A stretch of DNA of 64,000 bases, taken from contig OZ024743.1 in assembly GCA_964016885.1 (NCBI GenBank), forward strand, positions 254,014,001 to 254,078,000. The letters run 5' to 3'. This stretch comes from Eledone cirrhosa (Eukaryota). Both the position numbers and the translations under genes were made by a program. This document shows positions 51,053 through 64,000 of the stretch, in pieces. Under the pieces are notes generated by a model. It saw only the letters and a program-made list of their open reading frames with translations, was not told the DNA's origin and searched no databases. Every line of letters starts with the position of its first letter. Positions within the stretch are counted from its first letter, which is position 1.

Positions 51053-51124
51053 ATATATATATATATAACTGCCAATACTGGAATTGAGTAATCAAGACCG
51101 TAGCGGTATGTCATATATCAAATC

Positions 51125-51196
51125 ATATATTTTGTCTGATGAGGACGTATTGAAAAAACAACACAGTACGTTTGAAATATATATAATAAAGTATAT
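51125..51196 (+). ncRNA. Type I hammerhead ribozyme, relative of 28452-28514
   Basis: Stem I AUAUAUUUUGU/AUAAAGUAUAU, CUGAUGA, stem II GGACGUAUUG/CAGUACGUUU, GAAAU AUAU AUA. Confidence 0.75.
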
Positions 51197-51882
51197 ATTT
51201 TGATTATGAGAATATTTTTCATTTGTTAATATTTTGAATAATATGTATATATATATATATATTTTAATTTATAATGTTAATATTAAATATTAATTTTTTA
51301 ACTTCATCCTATAAATCTAAACAGAAATGTAACGTTCCAATCTTCTGCTCACACATTATAACATACAGACCCCCACTATATTTACCTCTGCTAAGATACG
51401 GGTCCCTTTGAAAATATTTTTTTCGCGCCATTCCTGGCCTGACTGTAGTCTGACATTAATATCGACCTTTCTTCCTCTTTCTTTCTATCTTTCTTCTTGT
51501 AGCGATCAACCCTGACTTCTTTTCTTCTTCCTTTTCTTCCTTCCCCCTTCTTCATTTTCTTTCTTCCCCCTTCTTCTCACTTCTTTCTTTCTTTCTTTTT
51601 TCTTGTGGCATGATATTAACGCTGACTTGTGTTCCTATCCCTTTCCGTTTTCCTTTATTTGACCGGTAGTAGCACACTGTAAGCTTTAGCCACGTCACTT
51701 GAGGGCGACCGGCAAAGGTGGAAGATGCTGGATGGCGGTCGACCTCGGGTCTTTGAATTTCAGCCCCATGGATTTTATCTATTACATTCACTTATTATAT
51801 TTCGAATACCTGATGATATCACCGGATTCATAGTATAATAAACCTTTCAAGGATTTACACAAGTCCAGCCTCCTGTCATTTC

Positions 51883-51919
<37 letters not shown>

Positions 51920-53557
51920 TCATTTCAGTTGAAGAATAATGGAAATCAGTGTAATATATATATGTGTGTGTATATATATATATATATTGTTATACTTGGC
52001 GAGGGTCATATATATATAATGCAACAGATAGCAAAACTTATACAATTTTATTTCTGACACGGGTTTCTGCAAAAGTAAATAAATGGAAAGAATATATAGG
52101 AAAATGATAAAAAAAAAGGTGTTCTCAACCTCCATTAAGAAAATTTACAATTAATATTTTTTCAGAGATTTTTTTACTCAAGGATTAATGATTATTTTTG
52201 TTCATGTTTTTGCATCATTGGAGAAATCCTAAAATGATCCTGATTTTAGAAACTGATACTCGTGAAAACAATCACACATGATATATGTTAAACAACACAC
52301 TCTTATCAATATACTGAAAGTATATTATTGTTAATATAAACACAGCATTTTAAATGACTGTTCATTTAATATCAACGTTAGAGTAAGTGAATGTACAGTG
52401 TGCCAAATTTTATCACAAGAGAGGATTGATTCTTTATCAGTTTTACAGATAATACCTCTGGTAAGATTTGTTTATTTTGCTGATTGTAGATTTATATCGA
52501 CCGAAAAATATTATCAGCTTAACGTTTTATTTTGAGGATTTACTTTTGTGATATCATCATCAACACCATCATTTAATATCAATTTTCCCTGCTAACAAGG
52601 GTTGAACATGTCACACATTAATCAATATTGAGGCAGAACCTTTCATCTCCAGATGTACTCCTCCACGCTCTAACAAGTGCATTTCGTTGTGGCACCAATA
52701 CTATGAAAAAGTGATGAGTGCTAAACTCTGAATATTGAACTTCACAGAGACGAAGATAATTAAAGATTACAATGAGTGGAGAACGGTTATCCTGGAAAAG
52801 AAGTTCCCAGCCCATGCATGCATGGATAAACAGACATAAGAGGATGATGATGATGATGTGTGTTTGTGTGCATGAGATCGGTGGAATTCTCAAGTTAGTT
52901 ATCATGGCTTTATCATCCTCATCATCATCATGTTTATATTACATGAGCTAGAGAGGAATTGTTTAGGCAATGTTCTACAGATGGCTGCTCATTTTGTCAT
53001 TCAGGCTTTTAGTCACTTCTTACAACATCCCGCAACTATTTATGGTTTGTGAATTCAGAGTCTAAATCCTGCATTGTGTCACCAGAAATTGGGGTATGTT
53101 ATGATTGCCCCCCCCCTCCCTCCCTTCCCTCTGTACACACTATCATGAAAACACCTATGAAATCTCCTGAGGTACAGCTTTATATTAGACATGTAAAACC
53201 TATGAAAATGGGAGTTATAATACCAACAACAGATTTTATCTTGCCTTTTGAGAAGAAGCATGAAGTATTTCAGACTTAATAATTTTTAGACTAATGAGTT
53301 AAGTTTACATGCCCCTGGTTCAATTATTCAAAGTGCCCATTTTGAAGAGTTCAAAATAATGCTAAAACATCCATCATAATTTTATGTAAGCATCTTTGTT
53401 AAGTTATTCTCCAATTTCTAGCTTAATTTGAGCTTATGAGAAAGTTAATTTATACGACAAAACTTCTCCAAATTCTTTGATTATTTAAAAAACTATTTGA
53501 AAATCAAAGACTGAGTTTTTCATTAGTAGTATAGTAACAGAAGGGTTAAACTCAAAG

Positions 53558-53594
<37 letters not shown>

Positions 53595-53701
53595 TCTGTT
53601 AGATTGAAGAGGGGTATTTCAAACATACAAATATTCAATTGCATGACACTTTGTAAAGTGAGCATGTTATACCAATGTAATAATTTTGAGGAAAATAGTA
53701 A

Positions 53702-53948
53702 TAATTGTTTCTACTTTTGGCACAAGGCCAGCAACAAACCAGTGCATTACTGGTACTTTATTTTCTCGAATCCGTAAGGATGAAAGGCAAAGATAACCTT
53801 GGTGGGATTTGAACTCAGATCGTAAAGGGACGTAACTATGCTGGAAAGCATGGCGTCCGACCCTCTACCGATACTGCCAATCCTGCACCTTGGTATGACA
53901 ATAATAATTGTTTCTACTTTTGGCACAAGGCCAGCAATTACCCAGTGC
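53702..53948 (-). mobile_element. SINE family A plus a second 3' fragment
   Basis: Reverse complement of the family consensus. Confidence 0.85.
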
Positions 53949-54320
53949 TGAGGGTATGATGGTAGTTATGGCAGTATACTAATAATGATGGTGGTATGAT
54001 GATAAAGATGAGAGTAGGGTGGTAACAATGAGGCTATGATGGTAATCATAATGGTATGGTGGTAATTATGTTGGTATGATAGTAATGATGGTGTAATTAT
54101 AGTAATGATGATGGTATGATGGTGGAATGATGGCAAGATTGTGTTATGGTGGTAATGATAATAGTATGATGGCAATGATGACAGTATGATGGTAATGATG
54201 ACATTAAGGATGACACATGTGGATATAACTTAAGCTTCCATTTTTTTTTTTATTATCCTAATTCTTATTTCGGTGAAATATATAACCAGATATCCAGTCT
54301 AGTTTTTGTAGCATTAGCAA

Positions 54321-54500
54321 TAATTGTTTCTATTTTAGGCACAAGGCTAGCAATTGCCCAGTACATTACTGGTACTTTATTTTATCGACCCCGTAAGGAT
54401 GAAAGGCAAAGTTAACCTCGGCGGGATTTGAACTCAGAATGGCAAGGGCCGTAACTCTATGCGTCAAAGCATGGCGTCCGACCCTCTACCGATACTGCCA
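54321..54500 (-). mobile_element. SINE family A, full length
   Basis: Reverse complement of the family consensus. Confidence 0.9.
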
Positions 54501-54589
54501 AAATGATGGTAAAGTTGTTGAGGTTGCTTACGTTGTAGGCAAATATGGTTGGGTTGGCTGTGAATGGGAAAATAACATTGATAATGATA

Positions 54590-55670
54590 CTTTTAGTGTT
54601 GGTGATGGTGATGGTGGGGATGATCGTGGTGATGATGTTGGTGGAGGTCGTGATGATGGTGATGTTGGTTTTGGTGGTCATGATAATGCTGTGTTGGCGG
54701 TGTTGGTGATGATGATATTGGTGGTGATGATAATGCTGTTGGTGATGATGATAGTTTTGGCGGTGTTGGTGATGATGGTATTGGTGGTGATGATAATGCT
54801 GTTGGTGATGATGATGATAGTGTTGGCGGTGTTAGTGATGATGGTATTGGTGGTGATGATAATGCTATTGGTGATGATGATGATGCTGTTGGTGATGATT
54901 ATAATGCTGTTGGTGATGATGATAATGGCGTCGGCGGTGTTGGTAACGATAGTATTGGCAATGATGATAATGCTGTTGGTGATGATGATGATGGTGTTGG
55001 CGGTGTTGGTGATGATGGTATTGGCGATGATGATAATGCTGTTGGTGATGATGATGATGGTGTTGGCGGTGTTGGTGATGATGGTATAGGTGGTGATGAT
55101 AATGCTGTTGGTGCTGGTGGTGCTGGTGATGATAAAGCTGTTGGTGATGATGATAATGCTGTTGGTGGTGATGATAATGGCGTTGGTGGTGTTGGTGATG
55201 ATGGTATTGGTGGTGATGATAATGCTGTTGGTGATGATGATGATGGTGCTGGTGGTGCTGGTGATGATGGCATTGGTGGTGATGATAATGCTGTTGGTGA
55301 TGATGATGATGGTGTTGGTGGTGCTGGTGATGATGGCATTGGTGGTGATGATAATGCTGTTGGTGATGACGATGATGGTGTTGGCGGTGTTGGTGACGAT
55401 GGTATTGGTGGTGATGATGTTGTTCGGGTGGTAATGATGAAGGTGTTGTGGTGGGGAGAATGGCGATGATGATGTTGGTCAACGTAGTGATGGTGCTGTT
55501 GGTGGTGATGTTGTTGGTGGTGACAATGGTGTTGGTGATGATGATGGTGTTGGTGGTGATGATGATGTTGAGGATGATGGTTTTGTTGCTGTTGATTATG
55601 GTGTTAGTGATGGTGGTAATGATGTTGTTGTGGATGATGACTGTTGTAAGTACAAGTAGTGTTGGTGGAT
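54590..55670. repeat. (GGT/GAT)-derived minisatellite with a ~60-66-bp higher-order unit
   Basis: GTGTTGGTGATGATGGTATTGGTGGTGATGATAATGCTGTTGGTGATGATG repeated about 10 times. Confidence 0.9.
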
Positions 55671-56320
55671 GAGAACATTGTTAATGGTGACAGCAGTTAA
55701 TGGTACTTCTAATGATGGTGGCAATCATGAAAAAATGTAACGGTGCGGCTGGTATTGGTGATGGTGGAGATGGTTGGAGTGGGTGGGGGAAATGGTGTTG
55801 GTGACACTGGTGATGCTGGTGGTATCTAGGTAGGTACATCAATTTAGAACAGCGATCCTCGTAAATGGAAAGGAATTTTTTATTTTTCTATGATGAAAAA
55901 GATTTCAATAGTTAAACAAGTAAGATCACAAAAACCAATGATGGAGTCCATTAAAAACTTCCTTTTAATGATGGCATGTTATAATATAGCTGAATTGTGA
56001 TATAGATGTATGTATGCATGTTTACATACACACCATACAAAATATATGCATACACACATGTACACACACACACACATATATATATTTGTAAGTATTTGTC
56101 TGTGTGTGTTTGCGTATATCTGCATATACATGTATGTATGTATATATATATATATATATTTGTGTGTGTGTGTACGTATATATATATAGATACATATGTA
56201 TCTATATATATATATATACAGCCATCGCGGCCCTGAATTTGTTCATATTACCCACTCTACTACCCGAAGTATTGTGTACTCTAGTGAGTAAGAGTCTAAC
56301 TGGTTTTTACCGCCTCCAAT

Positions 56321-56370
<50 letters not shown>

Positions 56371-56389
56371 ATTGGTGGTCTTTTACTAC

Positions 56390-56420
<31 letters not shown>

Positions 56421-56599
56421 ATAAAAGACTGCTAATTCTTTTTTTTTAAGTTGTTAAAATGTATTAGAAATGTATGAACTGCAGATAATGACAAATGAAA
56501 CAAAACGAAGTAATTTTTTACCCACTGTATTTTAGCATAATATTTCAAGATTATTACCCTCTTTTCAGATACTCTGATCACTCATTTCATTTTGTTTTG

Positions 56600-59240
56600 T
56601 CTTCAATCTGTGCAGCAGGGAAGGCATTTTTATCTGTATTACTGCATATTGCTAGAGATCATGGTCCTGTTTCATCACCTTTGAGGGGTGCAATTGTGTA
56701 GAGTCAACTTTTCTCACCTCATCTCCATTTTCTTAGGTCTTCCTTCTCCATAGATCCCATCAACTTTGAGTGCTCTGCACTTTTTCATACAGCTGCCATC
56801 CTTCATACACATGTCCATGCCAATGCAATCTCCCCCTCCTACAAACTGCATCTGAGCCCTCTTATACCCAATTTCTCTTTCAGTTCATTTATGCTTTGCC
56901 ATTCATGTATATTACTATTACACATCCATTGAAGCATGGGAGCTTCATTTCTTTCCAATTTTTGCAGGTCTTCAGTACACACCACACAGGTATCACTACC
57001 ATGCAACATTGCTGTTTGTATACATGCATCATACAATCTGCCCTTCACTTTGAAGGAAAAATCTTTTGTAGTTAGCAGCAGTAGTAGCTCCATGAACTCT
57101 CTACATCCTGTTTTCACTCTGGTTACTGTACTTTCAGAACACCTTCCTTCACTGCTAATTTGGTCACGTAGGTAACAAAAACTATCTACTACTTTAAAGG
57201 AGCTAGTTTCCTGTGAGTTCTTGCTACTTATTACCCCTGTACATTGGCCACATATAAATCCTACATTTCTTGGGTACTCATAGTTTACATTTGGTGGGAC
57301 ATAGGATAAATTTCCGCCAACTCCTTTTCTGTACACTGAGCAAGGCTATTTCTTTGAGGGTATCTGGGCCCTGTTTTCCTTTCTACTGAGTTTGATCTTT
57401 GACAAGTTAAATTTAAGTCTTTTTGATTCTAAGCCAGGTTTGGAATTTCTTCTCTAATTCTGTTATAGATTCAACTATAAGGGTAAGCTAATTTGCATAC
57501 AGAATTTTCCATGGACAGACAGTCTTAAACTCTTCTGTTATAGTCTTCAGGATGATAATAGGAGAGAGCTAAGAACTGAGCCCTGATGGACACTAACATT
57601 TATGCTAAATTCTTCATTATAGACATTGTTAATTTTGACCTTGGTGACTGTTTCTCTATACATGGCTTGTACTACCCTCACATGCCACTCATCTACTCCT
57701 AGTTTTCTAAGAGCCCAATAGACAACGGAATGGGGAACTCTATCAAAAGCTCTCTCCAGGTCCACAAATGCCAAGTAGATTGGTTTACATTTTGCTAGGT
57801 ACTCCTTCTACAATTGTGCCACAAGGAAGTGGGCATTTGTGGTACTTTTACCTGGAATAAATCCAAACTGCTTCTCATCTAATTTAACTCAATCCATAAT
57901 GAGCTGTGCTATAATTCTTTATATGATCTTCATAACCTGGTCAACCAGCTTCATGCTTCTATAGTTTTCTTTATCTAGTGCATCTTCTTTGCCCTTGTAG
58001 CAGTTGATGATGATGCTACACCAGTCATTGGGTATGACACACTTTTGTATAACTTGGTTTATAATATGGGTGACTATGGTGTGACTCACCATTCCAGGTG
58101 CTTTCAGCATCTCAGCAAATATCCCTGAAATTCCAGCTGCCCTGTCTGTCTTCTTATTATTGGTTGCCTTACTATACTACTGCTGACTTGTACAGATATT
58201 CCTTCTGTTTGGTCAACTTTGGACAAACTATCTTCTTCTCACCTTTCATAGTGGTGCTTTCAGACTACTTTCTTTTCAGCATCAGTGAGGGCAAGTACTC
58301 CACTATCATCTCGGACCCACTTCTCCCCATCGACATCACAATTTTCCCTGACATCCTACCTTCCAATACTGAACACCTCACATCACAAAACATGCTAAAT
58401 TTTATTATTTTCTACTTCCCTTCTTGCAAAGTATACTTGTCACCTAGCTTCTCTCCTAGAATCCTCGCAGGTTCTCAACTTCCCTCATTCTGTCATTTTT
58501 TCCATACTTGTCTTTTGGTCTTGTTTGTCTCATCTACCCTATTATTCCACCATCACATCCCTCCTTCTCCCTAGAGACCCTCTCCAACCACAGGTTTCGT
58601 TTGTTGGCTTCAGTAGTTTATCTTTAAAGAACTCCTACGGCTCCTCTAAATTGTATGTCTCTATTTGCTCTTGCTTACTGTCAAAAGCATCAAGAAACAT
58701 ACTTCTAAATTTGTTACTGGCTGATGGGTCCTTTAACCTCCATATTCTTATCTTTCAGGTTTTCCTCTGGCACTGAGTTCTTTTAGCCCTAACTAAAAGG
58801 TTGCTAACTACTAGGTTATGTTACGAGGTGGTGCATTCTTCACTAGGAAGGGACTTTGTATTTTTAACAGTCACTGTCATGTCTTCTGGCAAGGGTAAAA
58901 TTTATCAGGCTGGTGTTATCACCTGATCTATATATGATTAAGTTGTTGTCTCAATTTTGGAATTTTGTGTAACAGATAGATATGTCATAAAGGTTGCAGA
59001 ATTCCAGGAATCTGGTACTTCCTTCATTTCTAGCACCAAACCAATAACCACCATGGATCCCACTGATCCCATTGCAGTATGTCCATTAAAGTTGCCTGCA
59101 ATAATTATGAAGTCACTGTCACTTATTTGGGAAGTAGTGTGCATTAGGGACTCATAGAACCTGTCTTTTAGTATGTCTGTCAATCCAGTTTGCGATGCAT
59201 ATGCCTATATAATTGTCATGGTTTCTCTATTTAGTACAAG
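56600..59240 (-). mobile_element. Heavily decayed RTE LINE (APE to C-terminus)
   Basis: IIAGNFNGH, NCYKGK, AFVDLERAFD, HQGSVLS, DSFCYL, KGRLYDAC, with many stops and frameshifts. Confidence 0.9.
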
Positions 59241-59815
59241 TCAAATATATATATTATATACATACACATGGATACATATATATACACACACACGTACATA
59301 TACGAATACAAATTGATAGGAGACAGAAAGGGAGTGTCTTGAATTGAGCATTTTGTTGCAATTTATTGTTGCTAAACTTCATGCCAATATGCTGTAAATT
59401 GGAAGGATTGGATCATACATGGAGTTATGAGAAGGTAATCCAAATGGAAACATAGCCTGGAATCCATTGATTACATGAATCCACATAAATCTAATTTCTT
59501 GGCTGTTTCTCTTTATGAAATATATTTACACACATGAGAAAATTTGATTGTAAGGTTATACTTAGTGACCCAGGAAACGGAGCAGTGATATGGAAATTGT
59601 ATGATACTTCATTTGGGAATATTTAAACTCTTTTTACACTACAACTGACACAAACTTGGATATTGTTGGTGCTTTGCCAAATAAAATAAAATAAAAATAA
59701 AAATGGTAAACTATATTACTTAAACTATCTTGCAGTTTAAAATGAAAAGTGAAACAAACATTATTCAGAGGATTTCTGTTATGATTAAAAAGTATAAGCT
59801 AATTTTTAGTGTATC

Positions 59816-59997
59816 TTAGCTTAAAGTTAACTGCTTCAACACAGGTTTTTAACTGTGAAAAAAATAAACAAACAAGTTGTGTACATATGCCCTTACAGAC
59901 AGAAGAACATAGACAGCATCATCACTCGGGGTTTACATGTTCAATTTGTTTTACTATTTTTCATAGCCTGCACTGAAACAGTTAACTTTAAGTTAAC
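59816..59997. repeat. MITE-like element with ~30-bp imperfect terminal inverted repeats
   Basis: TTAGCTTAAAGTTAACTGCTTCA pairs with TGAAACAGTTAACTTTAAGTTAA. Confidence 0.55.
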
Positions 59998-61082
59998 ATA
60001 TGCTCCAAATTCATAATTTGTTCAACACTTAGAAATACAATTATTTATAAACATTGGTTATTAACCCTTTCATATTTCTAATGAAAGTTACTCAATTTCA
60101 ATTTCATAATGAAATATTTTGAGGAATTTTCTACCAAAATTATTAATTACTTCATTATAGTAAAACATATGGTTCTTATATGAAATTGTATTGAACTCTT
60201 TAAAATGGATGGTTTGTTTCCTAGAAGTGCAGCATAGTTTGGCAAGGTTGGTATTAAAAGGAAAAAAATAAGGTGTGTTCCATTTGCAGTATTTGGTAAA
60301 GTATTGAAAAATATACCTCTCCAGAGTTCACATCCAAAAATGGCCAACTTTGCCATTCATGCATTCAGGGTCAATAAAACTGCTACTTGTCCAGGGAGGA
60401 GGATGGCTGGGATTGCCAGAATGTTGAACGAGATTCTTTGTGCTATATGTTCTGGTTGTGTGTATTCTGAGTATAAAAGGCACCTGCACTCACCATGAAA
60501 ACAGTGACTATACAAGATCAGGGTCCTTGGAATTGAAACACCTATTATACACCGACACAGACTAAACATGTGTAGTTTTATGCTACAACAATGTGAGGAT
60601 GATGGATTATCAGAATTGTTAGAGATGTAGATCAAATGCTTAGCAATATATATCTGTATCTATTTCAGTTCTGAGTTCATCTCCAGCTCATGGCAAATTT
60701 TCTTTTCACCTTTCCAGAATCTATAAAATAATTAACAGTCATACAGTGAGTTTGATTTAATTGAATGTTGCCTTCTTCAAATTGTGTACCCCTTGTTCCT
60801 ATGTTTAGACCAGAACAGGATTGTGGCACATAAGCCAGTTGGCACCAGCCTACAATGTTGAACAGCCAGCATACCTCATATTTTTCATTCTGTTCTGTGA
60901 CTTGTCAACACGTCATGAGCATGCAGTAAATCATGTGCATATAAGAGTAAGTGTATCATATTTCTGTAAATTATGTGTACTTGTATATGCTCAGAATCCT
61001 TACATAAATCATAAGTATTTAGTACTGATAAATAAAATTCTTAATGAGCAGTTTAAAATGGAGGCTATATTTCACATCTGAT

Positions 61083-61400
61083 GAGTGCCTATTACTAGCT
61101 TTGCACTGGCCTACATTTCATATATAGTTTGAGCCTATTATTAGCTTTGCATGGGTCTGCTTTTCATATGTGATCTGAGCTTATCACTAGCTTTACATAG
61201 GTCTACATATCAAATGTAGCCTGAGCTTATTACTAGCTTTATACAGGTTTACATTTCTTATGTGGCCTCAACTTATTACTAGCTTTGCACAGTTCAACAT
61301 TTCACACACCCTGAGCTTGTTGCTGGGTTTAGAGGCCTGTATTTTACATCTGTCTTTAGCGTAAACATATAACACTCCTTTGCAAGAGCCTACATTTCAA
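61083..61400. repeat. ~46-bp minisatellite, about 6 diverged units
   Basis: TGAGC.TATTACTAGCTTTGCA.GG.CTACATTTCA.AT repeated. Confidence 0.8.
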
Positions 61401-61879
61401 ATCTAACCAGGACCTACTTTGGTCAAAGGAGTATGTTAAAGTGGTTAGGAGGTTAAACTTATGATCATAATGTTGTGGGTTCAATTCCTGGATTGGGTTG
61501 TATGTTCTGTTCTTAATCAAATCACTTCATTTCACATTACTCCCATATTCTCAGCTGAAGATAACTATTAGCAGTAGCTAGGGGTTTAGCTCTGTAATGG
61601 GCTAGACACCTGTCCAGGAATGGGGGTGGGAGTCTTTTATACTTAGTTGCTTGACACAAGGAAACCAATAAAAGCATGGCCTGATTAGCCTCCAGTCACA
61701 AGGCAGACTTTAGATTGGACCCATTTCCAGCTTTTGCACAAATGTACCTATATGAGGAACTGATGTATTAGTTAATGTAAATACACACATTTGAAAAAGT
61801 TGCTGACAAATTGCTTGGTATATGTTATATGTTTGAGTTTGTCCTAAAGTACAGCTCACAATTAAATTAATGTATATCA

Positions 61880-62061
61880 TAATTGTTTCTATTTTAGGCA
61901 CAAGGCCAGCAATTACCCAGTACATTACTGGTACTTTATTTTATCGACCCCGTAAGGATGAAAGGCAAAGTTAACCTCGACGGGATTTAAACTCAGATCA
62001 TAAAGGGACGTAACTCTATGCTTCAAAGCATGGTGTCCGACTCTCTACGGATACTGCCAAT
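61880..62061 (-). mobile_element. SINE family A, full length
   Basis: Reverse complement of the family consensus. Confidence 0.9.
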
Positions 62062-64000
62062 CCACAATGTTTGCCAAACTGACTCTCATTTATACATATT
62101 TCAGAAAGAGTTATTAAAAAGATTAAGTTTAGAAAATGAATTAGTAATATACGAAAGAAACCAAAAAAATAAAAATAAAAATAAAATGGTAGCAGTTATA
62201 GGGTCATGTGTGTCTGTATATTAAGTAATGAATTTCCTTTTCGTTAGCACAAGTGTGTCAATTATTGATAATATTGTCTTGGTGAGAGAGAAAGAGAGAA
62301 GAATATAGAAACAGCAGCAATATAAAAAGAGACCAACTTGGTGTCAATTTGCCTCCAATATTTATTTTCCATTACTGTTTTGCTATCTAATGGTAGTTCT
62401 ATTAATCTTTTCTGTTTAACTCTTCTAACTGGTTTAAGTCATTGGATGGTGGCCATGCTGGTGCACTGTTTTGAAACTAAATCGTTTCTGCCATTAGGCT
62501 GCGGCAATCCTAGGGCCTTTACTGCCTTGGAATTATTTAGTTGGTCATATCGATTTGAGTACTTATTTTTCATCCATCTCTATTTGTCAAACTACTAAGT
62601 TACAGAACAAACAAAATCAATCTAAAACAAACAAGGACACACATACACACATACATACATTGGGCTTCCACACAGTTTCCATTTACCAAATTTCATCTAC
62701 AGGGAATTGCACCCATGATGACATACAACAGAACCGAACCCCAAAACATGTGGTTGTAAAACAAACTCCTTAACCATATAGCCATATCTATTGCACTCAG
62801 TTTACTACAACATTGGCAAATATAATCTAAATGACAATATGTCACAGATACACAATAAGACTTAGATTTTGTTCATCAGATCTTCTGTACAGTAAATATA
62901 TAGTCTGATATACATTTCTGCAGTACTACTTCATCTTTTGATTGAGCCTGCTCAAATTTATTTGATGCCGTTATACAATTCATCACAATCCTGCATAACA
63001 ATCTGGAGGTAAATAAGATAATATACCATGTGCGTATAAAGATTTTCTTGGATGACAGATACATATATACCCATGCTAAGCAATCATTATTACACTATTA
63101 AGAACTCTATTAAGTTCTTGCTTAAGTCTTTAGCAAAGTCCTATAAAACATATATATCCATGTTGTGGTGACCATATGAGTATATCACTAATGGGTTCTT
63201 GTTTCACCCTTCAGTCATGTCCTGCAAAACACATATATATCCAGGTTATGGTGTCCATAAAAATATATCCCTTGTGAGTTTTGCATAACACTCATGGAAT
63301 ATCCTCAAAATAAATGTCTTCTTCTAATTGTATTAAAAGTGTCAGCATATTCATATTCAGAATAACTTTGTTACATTTGACCTTTTCATTATGAATTTCA
63401 AGAGGAATATTTTGAGAAAAGAAACAGGGGCGAAAAACTTTGTAGATTTTGAACCATTGATTATACGGTCAGAAGTAATACACTTTAACCTCATAGCAAT
63501 TGTCAATTATACCTCTAAAACTGATCGGATTTAATAGAAGTTCAAACATAGACATACATTATTGGCAAGAAAAAGAAACATAATATTTCAACACGACAAA
63601 GCTGATCTAATTTCCTTCACTCCAGAACGAACCCAACACAAACATTAGTCAACTGTAGATAGACAAACATAGTGTGTTTATCTAAAATATAAATATAGTA
63701 AAACATATCGAACATTAAGTGTTACACATTGTCTGCTAGAAATAGAACATGAAAGTATATAAAAGATGACATACAAAAGAAAGTTGAGATTATCAACAAA
63801 CTACATCAACCTTTCTCAATAGATTTACAGAATTATTATTCACTTGTTAGAACAACGGCCAAAAATAAAAAATAAAATATAATATAATATAATAAAACAA
63901 AACATAATAAAAATAAGTAAAATAAATGAAAATATGTGTCAATAGAGAAAGATTCTATTGCCCATATAACTGCTGATATCATGATGTATTGCTTGCTTTA

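Noticed and set aside
51805-51885. ATAC-CTGATGA-TATCACCGGAT..GTAT-AATAAA
   Set aside because: The GAAA half of the core is missing. At best it is a deleted PLE-end ribozyme, so it was not called.
54439-55672. Long His/Gln-, Pro/Ser- or Val/Met-rich ORFs
   Set aside because: They arise from a triplet-based minisatellite open in several frames. There is no splice or domain evidence, and one starts inside a SINE.
61083-61400. CRISPR-like array (also considered for 29734-29832 and 38500-38930)
   Set aside because: Whole units are homologous with no unique spacers, no cas genes are present, and the context is eukaryotic.

Overview
AT-rich eukaryotic (animal) DNA made almost entirely of retroelements, SINEs and microsatellites. 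The repeat repertoire suggests an octopod cephalopod, which is an inference from remembered repeat families and not a database result. I cannot support any host protein-coding gene; most short ORFs are translated (TA)n, (CA)n or (GAT)n tracts. The window holds: (i) about 8 copies or fragments of RTE-clade LINEs with (GAT)n tails, whose RT carries a C4HC3 PHD-type finger inserted between RT motifs 6 and 7; (ii) several Penelope-like elements (PLEs), namely a very young Naiad-type PLE with an intact 772-aa RT+GIY-YIG ORF arranged as a 5.7-kb inverted structure, a decayed Neptune-type PLE and smaller remnants; (iii) a CRE-clade fragment and a mariner fragment; (iv) two tRNA-derived SINE families. 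The least annotated layer is a dense set of type I hammerhead ribozyme (HHR) motifs, about 10 from at least 5 unrelated sequence families. These include a non-coding 549-nt HHR-to-HHR tandem (retrozyme or circRNA candidate) and a 306-bp palindrome with an HHR on each strand. Nearly all elements sit in or beside (TA)n tracts, and three RTE copies lie directly downstream of a same-strand HHR-bearing PLE end. All RNA folds were worked out by eye.
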